Origin: Nanobdellati archaeon
Lineage (GTDB): Archaea; EX4484-52; GLR71
Direction of reading: 5' to 3'
Assembly: GCA_019429005.1 (NCBI GenBank)
Contig: JAHYJR010000001.1
Span: forward strand, 223,048 to 287,047
DNA: 64,000 bases
In this document: piece by piece, positions 31,295-41,831 of the stretch
Layout of the letters: each line of letters begins with the position of its first letter
How positions within the stretch are numbered: the first letter of the stretch is position 1
Notes under the pieces: model-generated
The model's database searches: none
The model's input: the letters and a program-made list of their open reading frames with translations, nothing else
What the model was told of the DNA's origin: nothing
Program-made: the position numbers and the translations under genes

Positions 31295-31981
31295 TTATAT
31301 ATCTAATAAACTTATAATGATATCCTTTACCTCATTGAGATTATTAATTACGGTATAAGCTCCATAGTGCATAAGGGTTGATTTATCATCAATTCCACTT
31401 AAGATGCCAATTGTGAGCATGCCTGCTTTTATCCCCGCAATAATATCATTTTGAGTATCTCCTATAACTAAGCATTCTTTGGGAGTGAAACCCATTTTTT
31501 CAGCACATAACAGAAATATGTCTGGTTCAGGTTTTCCATACGTTACATATTCAGGTGTGATTATATAGTCAAAAAGTATTTTATTTTGTTTAAGTATATT
31601 TTCTGCAGTAATTGTAGGTGTACCTGTCCCAATTGAAGTTTTTAATCCTTGTTCTCGTAACCATTTGACTAGATATATATTGTTTTTACTTATTGTGTCT
31701 TTTGTAATTATAAGATTATTGAATTTTTGTATTAGTTTTCGATTCATTTCATCTATATTAGGTGTGTCTTCATTAGTGTTTTTATGATATTTATTAACAA
31801 CCTGTTTTAAAATATCAATGGCAGAAATACCATAATAATGATAAATTTCCGAATCTGTAATGTTTAGACCAATCTCAGTAAACACGGTTTGATATGCTTC
31901 AAGGTATATTGAATTTGTTTCAGACAGTGTGCCGTCAAGATCAAATATAACGGCTTTGATTTTTGTTTTTTTAGGTTTCAT
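31295..31981 (-). CDS. HAD-family phosphatase
   Basis: IFDLDGTL, GKPEPD.F, IGD...DI.AG..AG. Confidence 0.92.
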   Translation of the reverse strand: MKPKKTKIKAVIFDLDGTLSETNSIYLEAYQTVFTEIGLNITDSEIYHYYGISAIDILKQVVNKYHKNTNEDTPNIDEMNRKLIQKFNNLIITKDTISKNNIYLVKWLREQGLKTSIGTGTPTITAENILKQNKILFDYIITPEYVTYGKPEPDIFLLCAEKMGFTPKECLVIGDTQNDIIAGIKAGMLTIGILSGIDDKSTLMHYGAYTVINNLNEVKDIIISLLDI

Positions 31982-32023
31982 ACTCTTTAAGACCTTTTAA
32001 AATTATATAGATTTTTATGTTTT

Positions 32024-32836
32024 TTAAAGAACCCGTAAATTCCCAGCTCTTGGTTCATAACAAGTGCCATCTTCAAGAAGTGCTTCAATAATTTTTTCAG
32101 CTTCTTTTTCAGTAAGTCGCGATTTTTCAATTACGGTGTCATAATCAGCACCATTTCCAGAATCTTCTGTATTAATAATTTCAATTATTTTCATTCGGGG
32201 TGTTATATTTTTTGTTTCAATTTCGTCTTTTATTGCTTCAAAATTCTCATTTTCACAATTAATTAAGGTTTTTGTTTGATTATTATCTTTTTTTTGAGTT
32301 TTAATGATTTTAATTTGTTTTTCTTCTGTTTCTCTTTTTGGTTTAGACTCTGTTTTAATTGTATTTTCAATATTTTCTTTAGCATTTTTCTCGTGAATTA
32401 TATTTTTAGAACTTTTATTTTCTATAATTTCAACATTATTTAGATAGGGGTTTATGCTTTTTGCAATCTCAAGTTTTCGTAATGTTTCAAGATTTGGATT
32501 CTTCACTTCAACAATAATTTCAGGTTGTATATAGACTTCATCATTCCATTTTTTTATTTTTCCAATAACTTCTATAATATATCCTTTATTAATATTTTTG
32601 ATTTTATCTAAATCACTAAATAGTTTACATTGTATTGTTTCTGACCCATCATCAATTGTAATTGTTGCATATCTCCCATCATTTGAGATATATTTGTTTA
32701 TGAGTGTACCAAGAACTCGTACACGGTAAACAGATTCACCTGTTATATGTTTTATAAAATCTATGTTATTATTATCTTTTTCACATTTGTTCTGGAGAAT
32801 ATCCTTGATACGTATTTTTTTTGATGGATGTTGCAT
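32024..32836 (-). CDS. RPA2/RPA32-like OB-fold protein with C-terminal winged helix
   Basis: RVRV.G, IDDGSETI, VIGK, PEII; C-terminal L...G..YEP..G. Confidence 0.85.
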   Translation of the reverse strand: MQHPSKKIRIKDILQNKCEKDNNNIDFIKHITGESVYRVRVLGTLINKYISNDGRYATITIDDGSETIQCKLFSDLDKIKNINKGYIIEVIGKIKKWNDEVYIQPEIIVEVKNPNLETLRKLEIAKSINPYLNNVEIIENKSSKNIIHEKNAKENIENTIKTESKPKRETEEKQIKIIKTQKKDNNQTKTLINCENENFEAIKDEIETKNITPRMKIIEIINTEDSGNGADYDTVIEKSRLTEKEAEKIIEALLEDGTCYEPRAGNLRVL

Positions 32837-32853
32837 AAAATCACATTATTTTT

Positions 32854-34884
32854 TTAAACTTTTTTGATCTTACCATTTCTAGGTTCAAAAAGTTCACCAT
32901 CATTTTTTAATTTGGTTATTATTTCTTCAATTTTAGCATCACTATCTGCAATACCTTCTTCTTGAGCTCTTGCAATGATATCTTCTTTATCTACCATTTT
33001 ATCTAGACTTTCTTCAGTAAGTTCATCAATTATTCTCAATATATCAATAATCTTACCTCTCTGGCTTGTTGTTGTACCTGAAGACATTCTATCTATATCA
33101 AACTTACCTGTCTCAGGATCAATACCAACTTGGTTAAGACAATATGTTAATAGTCTTATCGCTTTATCTGCATCTTTTGCAAGCACTTTTTCTGAAAGTC
33201 TAACACGTGCATTTGCTTCAGAAAGTCTTACAAGTGCTTCAAGTTGTCTTGCCGTCAAAGGTACTGCAGATCGTTCATCATCAGAACCATTCTGATTACG
33301 TATATCAACATAAAATTTTTGAATCTTATCTGTTGCGCCTTTTGTTAATTTTGGACTACAATTTTTTCGTGAATATGCAATAAATTTTCGTAACATATCT
33401 GTCTCAATTGGCGGTTTATCACTTGTAGGATTTTCATGTAGTTTCAGTATGTGTTTAGCAATTCGCGTATCGACTTCTCTATTTGGTATGTCTTTAATTG
33501 GAAATATCAAATCAAAACGACTTATCAATGTATCTGGAAGATTTATCTGGTCTGGTATTGGCATCATTGTATCAAAACGCCCAAATTTAGGATTTGCAGC
33601 TGCAAGAATGATTGTTTTACAACTTAATGTTGCCTGGATTGTTGCTTTTGATACTGTAACTGTCTGTTGTTCCATAGCTTCATGCATAGCACTTCTATCA
33701 TTATCACTCATCTTATCCATTTCATCTATTGCTGCAAGACCGTTGTTTGCAAGAACCAATGCACCAGCTTCAAGAGACCAACCACCTGTAAATTCATCTT
33801 TTACAACAGCTGCTGTAATACCCGCACCACTTGCAGATTTACCCACAATATATTTTCCTTTAGGTGCCAAATCAGACACATATTTAAGCATTTGACTTTT
33901 ACCTGCACCAGGGTCTCCTATAAGTAACATATGGATATCTCCACGGGTTCTAACACCATCTGATCTGACTTTTGTAACGCCGCTGAAAAGTTGTAATGAT
34001 ATTGCTTCTTTAATTTGAAGATGCCCTTCTATGGATGGTGCTATAGAATATTTTAATTTATCATAGATATCCTTATCTGCTGCCATTTTCTTAATTAGTT
34101 TCTCCTCTTCTTTAGTGATTATTATATCTTCAAATTCTGTAACAATTGTTTCTAGGTAATTAGCTTCAAGATATATATCTCTTTTTTTTGTTTCTTTACC
34201 CTGTTCAATCCTTATTGGAACATCTTTGATTATACCTGTTATACTAACTTCATTTCCAGGCACAACCTTTTTTTGGAATGTTGGGTCAACAAGATCATTT
34301 CTAAGGTATACTCCAATTTTTCTAGCTTGTTGTCCGCCTTCAAGCATACCCGGGTTTTCTTCAACAACAATTCTTTGTAAATCTACAAGTCGTCTGTCTG
34401 TCAATTCAAATCCTCGCCTGTTTCCACATTCGCACATGTAAGGCTGTATTAGGTTTGGTTTTGATTGGATCAATGTTATAGTTTGGCTACATGCAGGACA
34501 TTCAAATATTGCAACAGTGATTTCTGGACGTACTTCACTTGCTTGTTTGATTAGACCTTTAATTGCAATAAATTTGTTTATGTGTTTACTTCTGATATTC
34601 TTGATTGGTACCATTTCTGAATTTGGTATGTTTGTAAACCGTACTGCAATTTTTTCTGAAAGTTCTTCATCGCCAATATCAATGTTCGCTATGGCTTCAT
34701 CAGCTGCTAGCAGACATTCTTCAGGTTTTTCAAGAAAATAATCTGCAAGTTCAGGGTCAAAACTCTCAAAATCTTCAAAATCAACAACAATAGGGTTTAC
34801 TGATTGTACAGCTAGGATTAGTTGTTTATAATAGATATCGCTAAAAAAAACTTCAAATTTTCGTAATATATCTGAGTAGTCCAT
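32854..34884 (-). CDS. mcm: MCM replicative helicase
   Basis: Zinc finger CPAC..CECG, GDPGAGKSQ, IDEMDKM, AAANP, SRFD, TARQLE. Confidence 0.97.
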   Translation of the reverse strand: MDYSDILRKFEVFFSDIYYKQLILAVQSVNPIVVDFEDFESFDPELADYFLEKPEECLLAADEAIANIDIGDEELSEKIAVRFTNIPNSEMVPIKNIRSKHINKFIAIKGLIKQASEVRPEITVAIFECPACSQTITLIQSKPNLIQPYMCECGNRRGFELTDRRLVDLQRIVVEENPGMLEGGQQARKIGVYLRNDLVDPTFQKKVVPGNEVSITGIIKDVPIRIEQGKETKKRDIYLEANYLETIVTEFEDIIITKEEEKLIKKMAADKDIYDKLKYSIAPSIEGHLQIKEAISLQLFSGVTKVRSDGVRTRGDIHMLLIGDPGAGKSQMLKYVSDLAPKGKYIVGKSASGAGITAAVVKDEFTGGWSLEAGALVLANNGLAAIDEMDKMSDNDRSAMHEAMEQQTVTVSKATIQATLSCKTIILAAANPKFGRFDTMMPIPDQINLPDTLISRFDLIFPIKDIPNREVDTRIAKHILKLHENPTSDKPPIETDMLRKFIAYSRKNCSPKLTKGATDKIQKFYVDIRNQNGSDDERSAVPLTARQLEALVRLSEANARVRLSEKVLAKDADKAIRLLTYCLNQVGIDPETGKFDIDRMSSGTTTSQRGKIIDILRIIDELTEESLDKMVDKEDIIARAQEEGIADSDAKIEEIITKLKNDGELFEPRNGKIKKV

Positions 34885-35033
34885 TAAAAATACATTCCTA
34901 TTTAATTATTTTAAATCTACCTTATCGTTTTATGTTGATATATTAGATGTTGTCTGTTCTAGTTTATTTTTTTAACTGACTACTGAAGGTGTTAAGTTCA
35001 TCAAATTGATATTAACTTAGAAATATGTGTTTA

Positions 35034-35597
35034 TCAAGATGACGTTAACGAATTGGTATCTTTATTCAGTTTTTCAAGCACAATTTTTAATTTTCCAATC
35101 GCTTCATGTACCATTTCACTGCTTTTTCCACCAGTACATATAACTTTTCCAGATCTGAACAGTAAAAATACAACTTTTGGATCTAAAAATCTTAATACAA
35201 GACCGGGGAATTGCTCTGGTTCGTATTCAGTACCTTCGAGCGTGAATGCTATTTTATTTAGATTAAGTTCTTCTGCGACTTTTGTTGATGCGACCATATT
35301 ATGGACTGTTATGTCTGAATCATGAGGTATTTCAATACCGATGGATCTTATGTCTTCAAGAAGTATATTTATAGCACTTGTTGCTTGTTCAGATGATTTT
35401 GTGCCTGTACATACAATTTTACCCGAATTAAATACTAATGCAGCAGATTTAGGTTCTTTGATTCTATATACAAGACCGGGGAATTGTTCTGGTTCATATT
35501 CAGTACCTTCAAGTTCAAGGGATAATTGTGATAGTGGTATTTTTGTGTTTGTTGTGCATGATGCAACAACATTATGTATCTTTATTTCCTCATCCAT
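35034..35597 (-). CDS. tbp: TATA-box binding protein
   Basis: Two repeats of N.VAS...YEPEQFPGLV.R...PK...L.F.SGK..CTG. Confidence 0.98.
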   Translation of the reverse strand: MDEEIKIHNVVASCTTNTKIPLSQLSLELEGTEYEPEQFPGLVYRIKEPKSAALVFNSGKIVCTGTKSSEQATSAINILLEDIRSIGIEIPHDSDITVHNMVASTKVAEELNLNKIAFTLEGTEYEPEQFPGLVLRFLDPKVVFLLFRSGKVICTGGKSSEMVHEAIGKLKIVLEKLNKDTNSLTSS

Positions 35598-35749
35598 AAT
35601 ATCAGCTTAATTTGTATTTTAGAATATCTAAATTAGAGTATCTATTTTACATATATTTACTAATCTTTAAATTATGTCCGTTATATATGTGTGCACTCGA
35701 AGGTGAATACATTTTATTAAATTTCTTTGTTTTTATAGTTTATTCTTAT

Positions 35750-36289
35750 TTAACCTTTTTTTATAAGTTCTTTCCAATTTTGTCTATAATTATTGAATTT
35801 TTGATTAAATATTTCTTTTTTAGTTTCAGTTATATCTAATTCGAAAAATAGTTTTTTAAGTTCTTGCAATTTAGTCTCTTTATTTTCCTCAGAACACATA
35901 TATTCTAATTCTATTATATACCCATAACCTTTTGTGTTATCAAGTGTAACTGTTACATTTTTCCATAAGTATATAAGACGTTTTCTAAACCATTGTATCT
36001 CTATTGAATATCCAAGTGTTTCAAATATATCCATCATGTTTTGATATTGCGTTTTTTCAATTATGACTTCAATTTCTTTTCGATAGTCATCGTGTATTTG
36101 TCCATTTTTGAGTATTATTTTTGCATTCTTACAATTTTGTTGTAATCTTAAATCATTGTCACCCGTAAAATAAGTCGTCTTCTGAACATCTTTTTCTATA
36201 AATTCGGCATTTGTGTTCATAAAAGTTTTAAGTTCTTCAAATTGTTCTTTTGATATGAAACTACGTATTTCAACTTCAATGTTATTCAT
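35750..36289 (-). CDS. CYTH-domain protein (class IV adenylate cyclase/triphosphate tunnel family)
   Basis: IEVEIR, Q...YF, LRL, R.EIEV, R.R, LD...G.G..IELE. Confidence 0.88.
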   Translation of the reverse strand: MNNIEVEIRSFISKEQFEELKTFMNTNAEFIEKDVQKTTYFTGDNDLRLQQNCKNAKIILKNGQIHDDYRKEIEVIIEKTQYQNMMDIFETLGYSIEIQWFRKRLIYLWKNVTVTLDNTKGYGYIIELEYMCSEENKETKLQELKKLFFELDITETKKEIFNQKFNNYRQNWKELIKKG

Positions 36290-36386
36290 AATAATATTTG
36301 GTTTTTGTTATTTTTTAATTTGTTCTTTTTTTAGAGTTTTAAAAATACTTTTCAGAAACAATTTTATTAATTCAAACCTTTTAAAA

Positions 36387-36809
36387 TCAAGTTCTAGTAT
36401 AACTAATAAGATCTCTTTTCATCTCTTCAAATACATATTTACTGTATTTATACAAATAGGGTTCTAAAAATCCCCGAGGTGCACGACTTTTGATATAATT
36501 TATATTTAATTGAAAGTCTAATGACATTTTTTTTGTAAATAAATTTGTATCCATCTTATCTGCATTATTAATAAGGTTATAATAGCAATCTTGTATATTT
36601 TTATCATATTTTGTGATAAGTAATCCTAATGCTTCTTTTGCAAATATCTTGTCGCCTTTAAGATTATTTATACTTGAAGTTATGCCTTTAACATACCTTT
36701 TAAATAAAGAATTAAATGCTTTTTCGTGTATATATGATTGTGTTTTTATATTTAGATTTATGTTAGTTTTCATGGATTTCATATAAGATTGATAATCCTT
36801 TTTAAACAT
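36387..36809 (-). CDS. Hypothetical protein; probably the 3' remnant of a longer interrupted gene extending towards 37142
   Basis: 140-aa ORF. The same frame continues upstream through in-frame stops at 36848, 37031 and 37109 to an ATG at 37142. Confidence 0.45.
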   Translation of the reverse strand: MFKKDYQSYMKSMKTNINLNIKTQSYIHEKAFNSLFKRYVKGITSSINNLKGDKIFAKEALGLLITKYDKNIQDCYYNLINNADKMDTNLFTKKMSLDFQLNINYIKSRAPRGFLEPYLYKYSKYVFEEMKRDLISYTRT

Positions 36810-37171
36810 TTTTGTCTTTCTTATATCTTGTTTCCAGTGGTAATATTATCTGCTAGCATAATCTTCTGTTCTAGTTTCATCCGAGAAATAATCTTCTATA
36901 CATTCACCTATAACTTTGATACATTCAAATTTACCATTTGCACATTCATATGTCTGGAGCATTTCTGCAAGTTTTGATAGGTCATCGTTTATTTGTAAGG
37001 CCTGTGTTATCTGTATGGAACTAAATCTTCATAAAACAAAAGATGTTCTTTCAGACGTGATTAGTAATGTATATCTTAAACGCACTTGTGAGTGCACCAC
37101 ATTACGTTATGGAGCTGATGTTTGATTGAAATGACAAAACATTTTAAATAATTTGCTCCTCTTGTTATATT

Positions 37172-38431
37172 ATGAATATTTATATTGAGACTTATGGTTG
37201 TTCGGCAAATCAGTCAAATTCCGAGATTATGGGAGGGCTATTATTAAATGCTGGACATAATATAGTTTCTGAAGATGCTGCTGATATTATTATAATTAAT
37301 TCTTGTACTGTTAAATTACCAACTGAACGTAAGATTTACAAGCGTATTGAAAAACTAAAATTTAGTGATAAACTTGTTATTATATCTGGTTGTATGCCTG
37401 AAGTGCAGAAAGATGAAATTTTAAAATTAAATTCAAATGTCTCTTTTCTTGGTATAAATGCGATTGATCAGGTTGTTGATCTTGTCAATTCAATATCGTC
37501 TGATATGAGTTCAGAACTGTTTACAGATATAAAAACCGAACTTGTTGGAAAACCTAAATTACGGACAAATAAAAACATAAATATTGTTCAAATATCATCT
37601 GGTTGTAATTTTGATTGTTCATATTGCGTTGTACGTTCGGCAAAAGGTTCTTTGAAATCATTTTCACCAAATTCAATTATAAATGATATCAAAGAGGGCT
37701 TAGATGCTGGTTGTAAAGAAATTTGGCTTACGTCTCAAGATACTGCTGCGTATGGTACTGATACTGGCATAAGACTTCCTGCTCTTTTAAGAAAAATTTG
37801 TGCAATAAACGGTACTTTTAAAATTCGTTTAGGTATGATGAATCCGCAATCAATAAAGCCTATTATGGAAGATCTTATTGATTCATATTCAAATTCAAAA
37901 ATTTATAATTTTTTACACATACCAGTTCAATCTGGGTCAGATAAAGTTTTGAATGATATGGGTCGCCGTTATACTTCTGAAGAATTTTTAGATATTGTAA
38001 ATAGTTTTAGGTCTAGAATAAAAGATTTGACTGTATCAACCGATATTATTGTAGGGTATCCTACAGAAGATGTATCTGATTTTAATGCGACTGTAGCATT
38101 ATTGGAAGAACTTAATCCCAACATTGTAAATATTTCTAAATATGGTCCAAGACCAATGACTCGTGCTGCAAAGTTGCCCTTATTATCCTTTGATGTTGTA
38201 AAGCAAAGATCTAAAACAATATCCGATCTTTGTTCAAAAGTAACTCTTAAAAATTCAGAAAAAATGATTAATTGGACTGGTTCTGTTCTTATTTCAGAAA
38301 TAGGTCCAAAAGGCGGGTTTATTACAAGAAATGCGTCCTATAAACCAATTTTAATACAAAAGGGTGTTTTAGGTAGTTTTATTGATGTTAAAGTTACTGA
38401 AGTACAAAATGGTTATCTTATAGGCGAATGA
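37172..38431 (+). CDS. mtaB: tRNA methylthiotransferase, archaeal MtaB/e-MtaB (MiaB-like radical SAM)
   Basis: ETYGCSAN, NSCTVK, SGC, GCNFDCSYC, SQDT.AYG.D, R.GMMNP, HIPVQSGS, C-terminal TRAM region. Confidence 0.92.
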   Translation: MNIYIETYGCSANQSNSEIMGGLLLNAGHNIVSEDAADIIIINSCTVKLPTERKIYKRIEKLKFSDKLVIISGCMPEVQKDEILKLNSNVSFLGINAIDQVVDLVNSISSDMSSELFTDIKTELVGKPKLRTNKNINIVQISSGCNFDCSYCVVRSAKGSLKSFSPNSIINDIKEGLDAGCKEIWLTSQDTAAYGTDTGIRLPALLRKICAINGTFKIRLGMMNPQSIKPIMEDLIDSYSNSKIYNFLHIPVQSGSDKVLNDMGRRYTSEEFLDIVNSFRSRIKDLTVSTDIIVGYPTEDVSDFNATVALLEELNPNIVNISKYGPRPMTRAAKLPLLSFDVVKQRSKTISDLCSKVTLKNSEKMINWTGSVLISEIGPKGGFITRNASYKPILIQKGVLGSFIDVKVTEVQNGYLIGE

Positions 38432-38489
38432 TTCTGTTTTCGATAGTTATTTATATTATGTGTGTTATCTAAATTTTACGGTATATTTT

Positions 38490-38639
38490 ATGAATCTTAT
38501 CAATTTTGTTAAATATTGTATTGAACAAGCAAAAGAAGAGTTTTCAATATGGACTTATGATACTACCTTAATAAGTAAAGTTGTACAAATTGTGGGCTTT
38601 ATTGCATCGATGTTTATATTTTACTATTTGTTTATGTGA
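38490..38639 (+). CDS. Small single-TM protein (49 aa)
   Basis: MNLINFVKYCIEQAKEEFSIWTYDTTLISKVVQIVGFIASMFIFYYLFM; below the ORF-track cutoff. Confidence 0.5.
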   Translation: MNLINFVKYCIEQAKEEFSIWTYDTTLISKVVQIVGFIASMFIFYYLFM

Positions 38640-38741
38640 GTTTTTGTTTTCAAAATTCAAATATTAAATTGGTTTATTTTTTTAAATTTTTTATAATCCA
38701 TATGCTTTGGATATTTATCTAAATCTAATGTTTATTTAATT

Positions 38742-39434
38742 TTAAAACATATCTTCGTTCATATCCACCTTAATTCCTGTTTTAGTTATAGTTAAAGGGT
38801 ATGTTCCATTCTTATGGTTTGTACGTCGCATCTTACGAACTTCAATGTTTCTGAAAGCACCATTACCAAGACTCATATAATATAACACAATAACTCCATC
38901 TGCTACAAATTCTTCAACACCATATCTACTAAGTTGTTTAGTATTCTCAGGTATTTCAGAAAGTAATATTGATGTACAACCTGTTTGTTTTAATGCTTCA
39001 ACAAGTTTATACAATTCTTTTCGTATTTTATAACTATTATCAAGATAAAGTCCGAAAAGGCTTATTGAATCAATAACAAGTCTCTGTATTTTATTAACTA
39101 CAATAAGGTCTGTCATTCGTTGAATGATTTCACCAAGTTCAAATGGGTCATAATAAACAATTCTAAATGTTCCATCTTTTTCATATTTATTCAAATCCCA
39201 ACCAAATTGTTTTGCATTTTCTTTAATTTCTTCAGGTTTTTCTTCTAAAGTGATATATAATGAGTTGCTGCCTTCTTTAAGTCCGTGGTTAACAAATTGA
39301 CAAGAAAATGTAGTTTTTCCACAACCAGCACCACCTGTTACAAGTACAACACTACCCTCTGGAATCCCCCCATCTAACATCTCATCAAGACCAATAATAC
39401 CTGTTTTGATTCTTTTAGTTTCTTGTGAAGTCAT
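38742..39434 (-). CDS. KaiC-like/RAD55-family ATPase (single domain)
   Basis: TGI.GLD.ML.GG.P, G.AG.GKT, LEE, IDS, EFVADGVI.L, KMR.T.H. Confidence 0.93.
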   Translation of the reverse strand: MTSQETKRIKTGIIGLDEMLDGGIPEGSVVLVTGGAGCGKTTFSCQFVNHGLKEGSNSLYITLEEKPEEIKENAKQFGWDLNKYEKDGTFRIVYYDPFELGEIIQRMTDLIVVNKIQRLVIDSISLFGLYLDNSYKIRKELYKLVEALKQTGCTSILLSEIPENTKQLSRYGVEEFVADGVIVLYYMSLGNGAFRNIEVRKMRRTNHKNGTYPLTITKTGIKVDMNEDMF

Positions 39435-39481
39435 GATTATAATTAGGCTTTAGCCTATATATCTTTTTTTAAAAAATAGTT

Positions 39482-39511
39482 AGTATCTGGGATTTTTATT
39501 CCCAAGATACT
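39482..39511. other. Intergenic inverted repeat (possible terminator or processing hairpin)
   Basis: AGTATCTGGGA...TCCCAAGATACT, followed on the minus strand by a T-run, downstream of the GGPP synthase gene. Confidence 0.4.
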
Positions 39512-39526
39512 GGTTTAGAATTAAAT

Positions 39527-40531
39527 TTATTTCTGTCTTTTAACAATAAAATTTGTTATTTCAATAAGATCCTCTTTTGATGGTATGTTGAGATTTTCTA
39601 GAATGTCCATAGCTTCATCAAGCATCTTATTTGCAAGTTCTTCAGCATATTTGATTGCTCCTATATGATTAAATTTTTCAATAACCCATTCAACTTCTTC
39701 ATCTGTAGTACTATCTCGTGGTTTATCGAGGATTTCAATCAATTTATCTTTTTGTGTTTCTGACATATTTTCAAGTGCGTATATGACCATTAGACTTCGT
39801 TTACCTTCTTTTATGTCATTTCCAATCATACCGCCTCTGCCTTTTCCTTTAGATAAATCTAAAATATCATCTCTTATTTGAAATGCAGGTCCAATTTTTT
39901 GTCCATACGCAATCAGACTACTTGTAACCTCTTCAGAAGCTCCTGCAATCAATGCACTTCCTGCAACTGACGCACCAAAAAGAATACCTGTTTTTCGCCA
40001 TATCATGTCCATATACTCAGCGACTTTAACATTTTTTTTATTCCTGAAGTTCATATCCATTGTTTGACCTTCAACAATTGTAAGTATCGTATCAGTAAAT
40101 ATTTTAAATAATTTAATACTTTTATCTGCATCTAAACCATTTTTATTTGATTGTAAAATTAATTGATATGCACATGCAAAAAGACCATCTCCTATATTTA
40201 TACCGTGATCCATACCGTATTTAATCCAAACTGCAGGATTATCACGTCTTATTGTATCGCCATCTTCAATATCATCATGGACTAATGTCATATTATGTAT
40301 TACTTCTAATGCTGCTGCAAATGGCAAAGTTTGTTTTTCTTCAGCTCCAAGGGATTTAGCTGCAACAAGACAAAGTATTGGTCTTAGGCGTTTACCTTTG
40401 CTTCCAAGGGCATACCACATACCATCATAAAGATTTGGTATAGATGTTTGTTTTGGTATTATTTTTTCAATTTCAGACTCTATCAAGGGTCCTTTTTCTT
40501 CAATCAGTTTCTCAATATCTATTTTTGCCAT
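39527..40531 (-). CDS. idsA: Polyprenyl (geranylgeranyl) diphosphate synthase
   Basis: GKRLRP, HDDIEDGD..RR, GQ.MD, KT, FQIRDD.LD, G.DI.EGK. Confidence 0.93.
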   Translation of the reverse strand: MAKIDIEKLIEEKGPLIESEIEKIIPKQTSIPNLYDGMWYALGSKGKRLRPILCLVAAKSLGAEEKQTLPFAAALEVIHNMTLVHDDIEDGDTIRRDNPAVWIKYGMDHGINIGDGLFACAYQLILQSNKNGLDADKSIKLFKIFTDTILTIVEGQTMDMNFRNKKNVKVAEYMDMIWRKTGILFGASVAGSALIAGASEEVTSSLIAYGQKIGPAFQIRDDILDLSKGKGRGGMIGNDIKEGKRSLMVIYALENMSETQKDKLIEILDKPRDSTTDEEVEWVIEKFNHIGAIKYAEELANKMLDEAMDILENLNIPSKEDLIEITNFIVKRQK

Positions 40532-40715
40532 ATTTATCACACAAATCTAAAAATAATAGGATTAATATATAAACGTATAATATAATCTATAATATCATAT
40601 TTTTCTCAGTAATTATAAATACCTTGCTATATATATTGACGATTATTCTTTTCTAATTTTTGTTTAAATAAACGTTCTACATAAGTTTAAATAGAATTGA
40701 TATTCAATATAATAT

Positions 40716-41783
40716 ATGAAAGAGCAAGCATCTAAAAACAAACAGATTGATAGTACAATCATATATAGTATACTGCTTACATCTGGAATACTTGTATTAC
40801 TCTATTATGTACTTAAAATGGTACTCTATTTTACACCAGCGATAACCATAGCACTTCTCATAATTTATATAACTCGGCCTATTTATACAAGAGTTGAGAA
40901 AATAACAAAAAGTAAAGCAATTTCTATTTTATTTGCGATGGCTTTGACTATAACAATCTTATTGATATTTGTAGTTTATTTCACATCTTCAATTATTCTT
41001 GAAGCTATACCTTTAGTAACATCTGATTCTTTAAATTCAATATTCTTAAATTATGGTGTTGATATGACCCAATTAAGTATTCAATTGGTTAATTTATTAG
41101 CATCTTTAGATTTGTCTAATATTACTTATGCGAGTATCTTATCTGGTGATTATTTATTACCTATTAAAGGTATTGCTAGTTATTTTATTACGGGTTTTAT
41201 GAATATAGGGTATCTTTTATTACAAGCATTTATGTCACTTATGATTGCATTTTATTGGGTAAAAGATCGTGACAAACTTAAGAAATTCATCTCAGAGATA
41301 ATACCTAAATCAAATCATGAGTTATTAAATAAATTCATATATGAATTTGATATTTCATTAAATCAGATATATATGGGTGTATTTTTTACTGCTATTTTTA
41401 CAAGTATTTTAGCGTATCCTGTATATCTTTTATTTAATTTGCCTTTTTCAACAATTCTTGCAGTAATGACGGGTATCGTATCTATAGTACCTTTGGTGGG
41501 TTCAAGCCTTATTTATACACCTATAACATTAATTCTATTTTTAATAGGTGATTTAAAGAAGGCATTAATTTTCTTTTTTGTTTGTATGTTTGTTATAAGT
41601 ACAATTCCTGATTGGATAACAAAACCATTTATTATGGCTAAAGATCGTAAAACAAATCTTCTTTTAATAATTATAAGTATTTTAGGCGGTCTTGCTGTTT
41701 TTGGAACTCTTGGGGCTTTAATAGGACCTATTGTTATGTCTATATTTACCTCATTTATTTATGCGTATAAACAGAACAAATAA
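40716..41783 (+). CDS. AI-2E family transporter
   Basis: Multi-TM; Y..RP, S.VP.VG, D...KP, GG...FG..G..IGP. Confidence 0.88.
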   Translation: MKEQASKNKQIDSTIIYSILLTSGILVLLYYVLKMVLYFTPAITIALLIIYITRPIYTRVEKITKSKAISILFAMALTITILLIFVVYFTSSIILEAIPLVTSDSLNSIFLNYGVDMTQLSIQLVNLLASLDLSNITYASILSGDYLLPIKGIASYFITGFMNIGYLLLQAFMSLMIAFYWVKDRDKLKKFISEIIPKSNHELLNKFIYEFDISLNQIYMGVFFTAIFTSILAYPVYLLFNLPFSTILAVMTGIVSIVPLVGSSLIYTPITLILFLIGDLKKALIFFFVCMFVISTIPDWITKPFIMAKDRKTNLLLIIISILGGLAVFGTLGALIGPIVMSIFTSFIYAYKQNK

Positions 41784-41831
41784 GATTTTTTTTAAGATAC
41801 ATATTTTGCATATCTTTAATACCAACAAAGT

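Noticed and set aside
34975-35036. Possible C/D sRNA after tbp (TTGATGA on the minus strand)
   Set aside because: No proper D or D' box and no convincing rRNA complementarity
38742-39434. Circadian clock KaiC
   Set aside because: Single-domain archaeal KaiC-like ATPase with no kaiA or kaiB nearby
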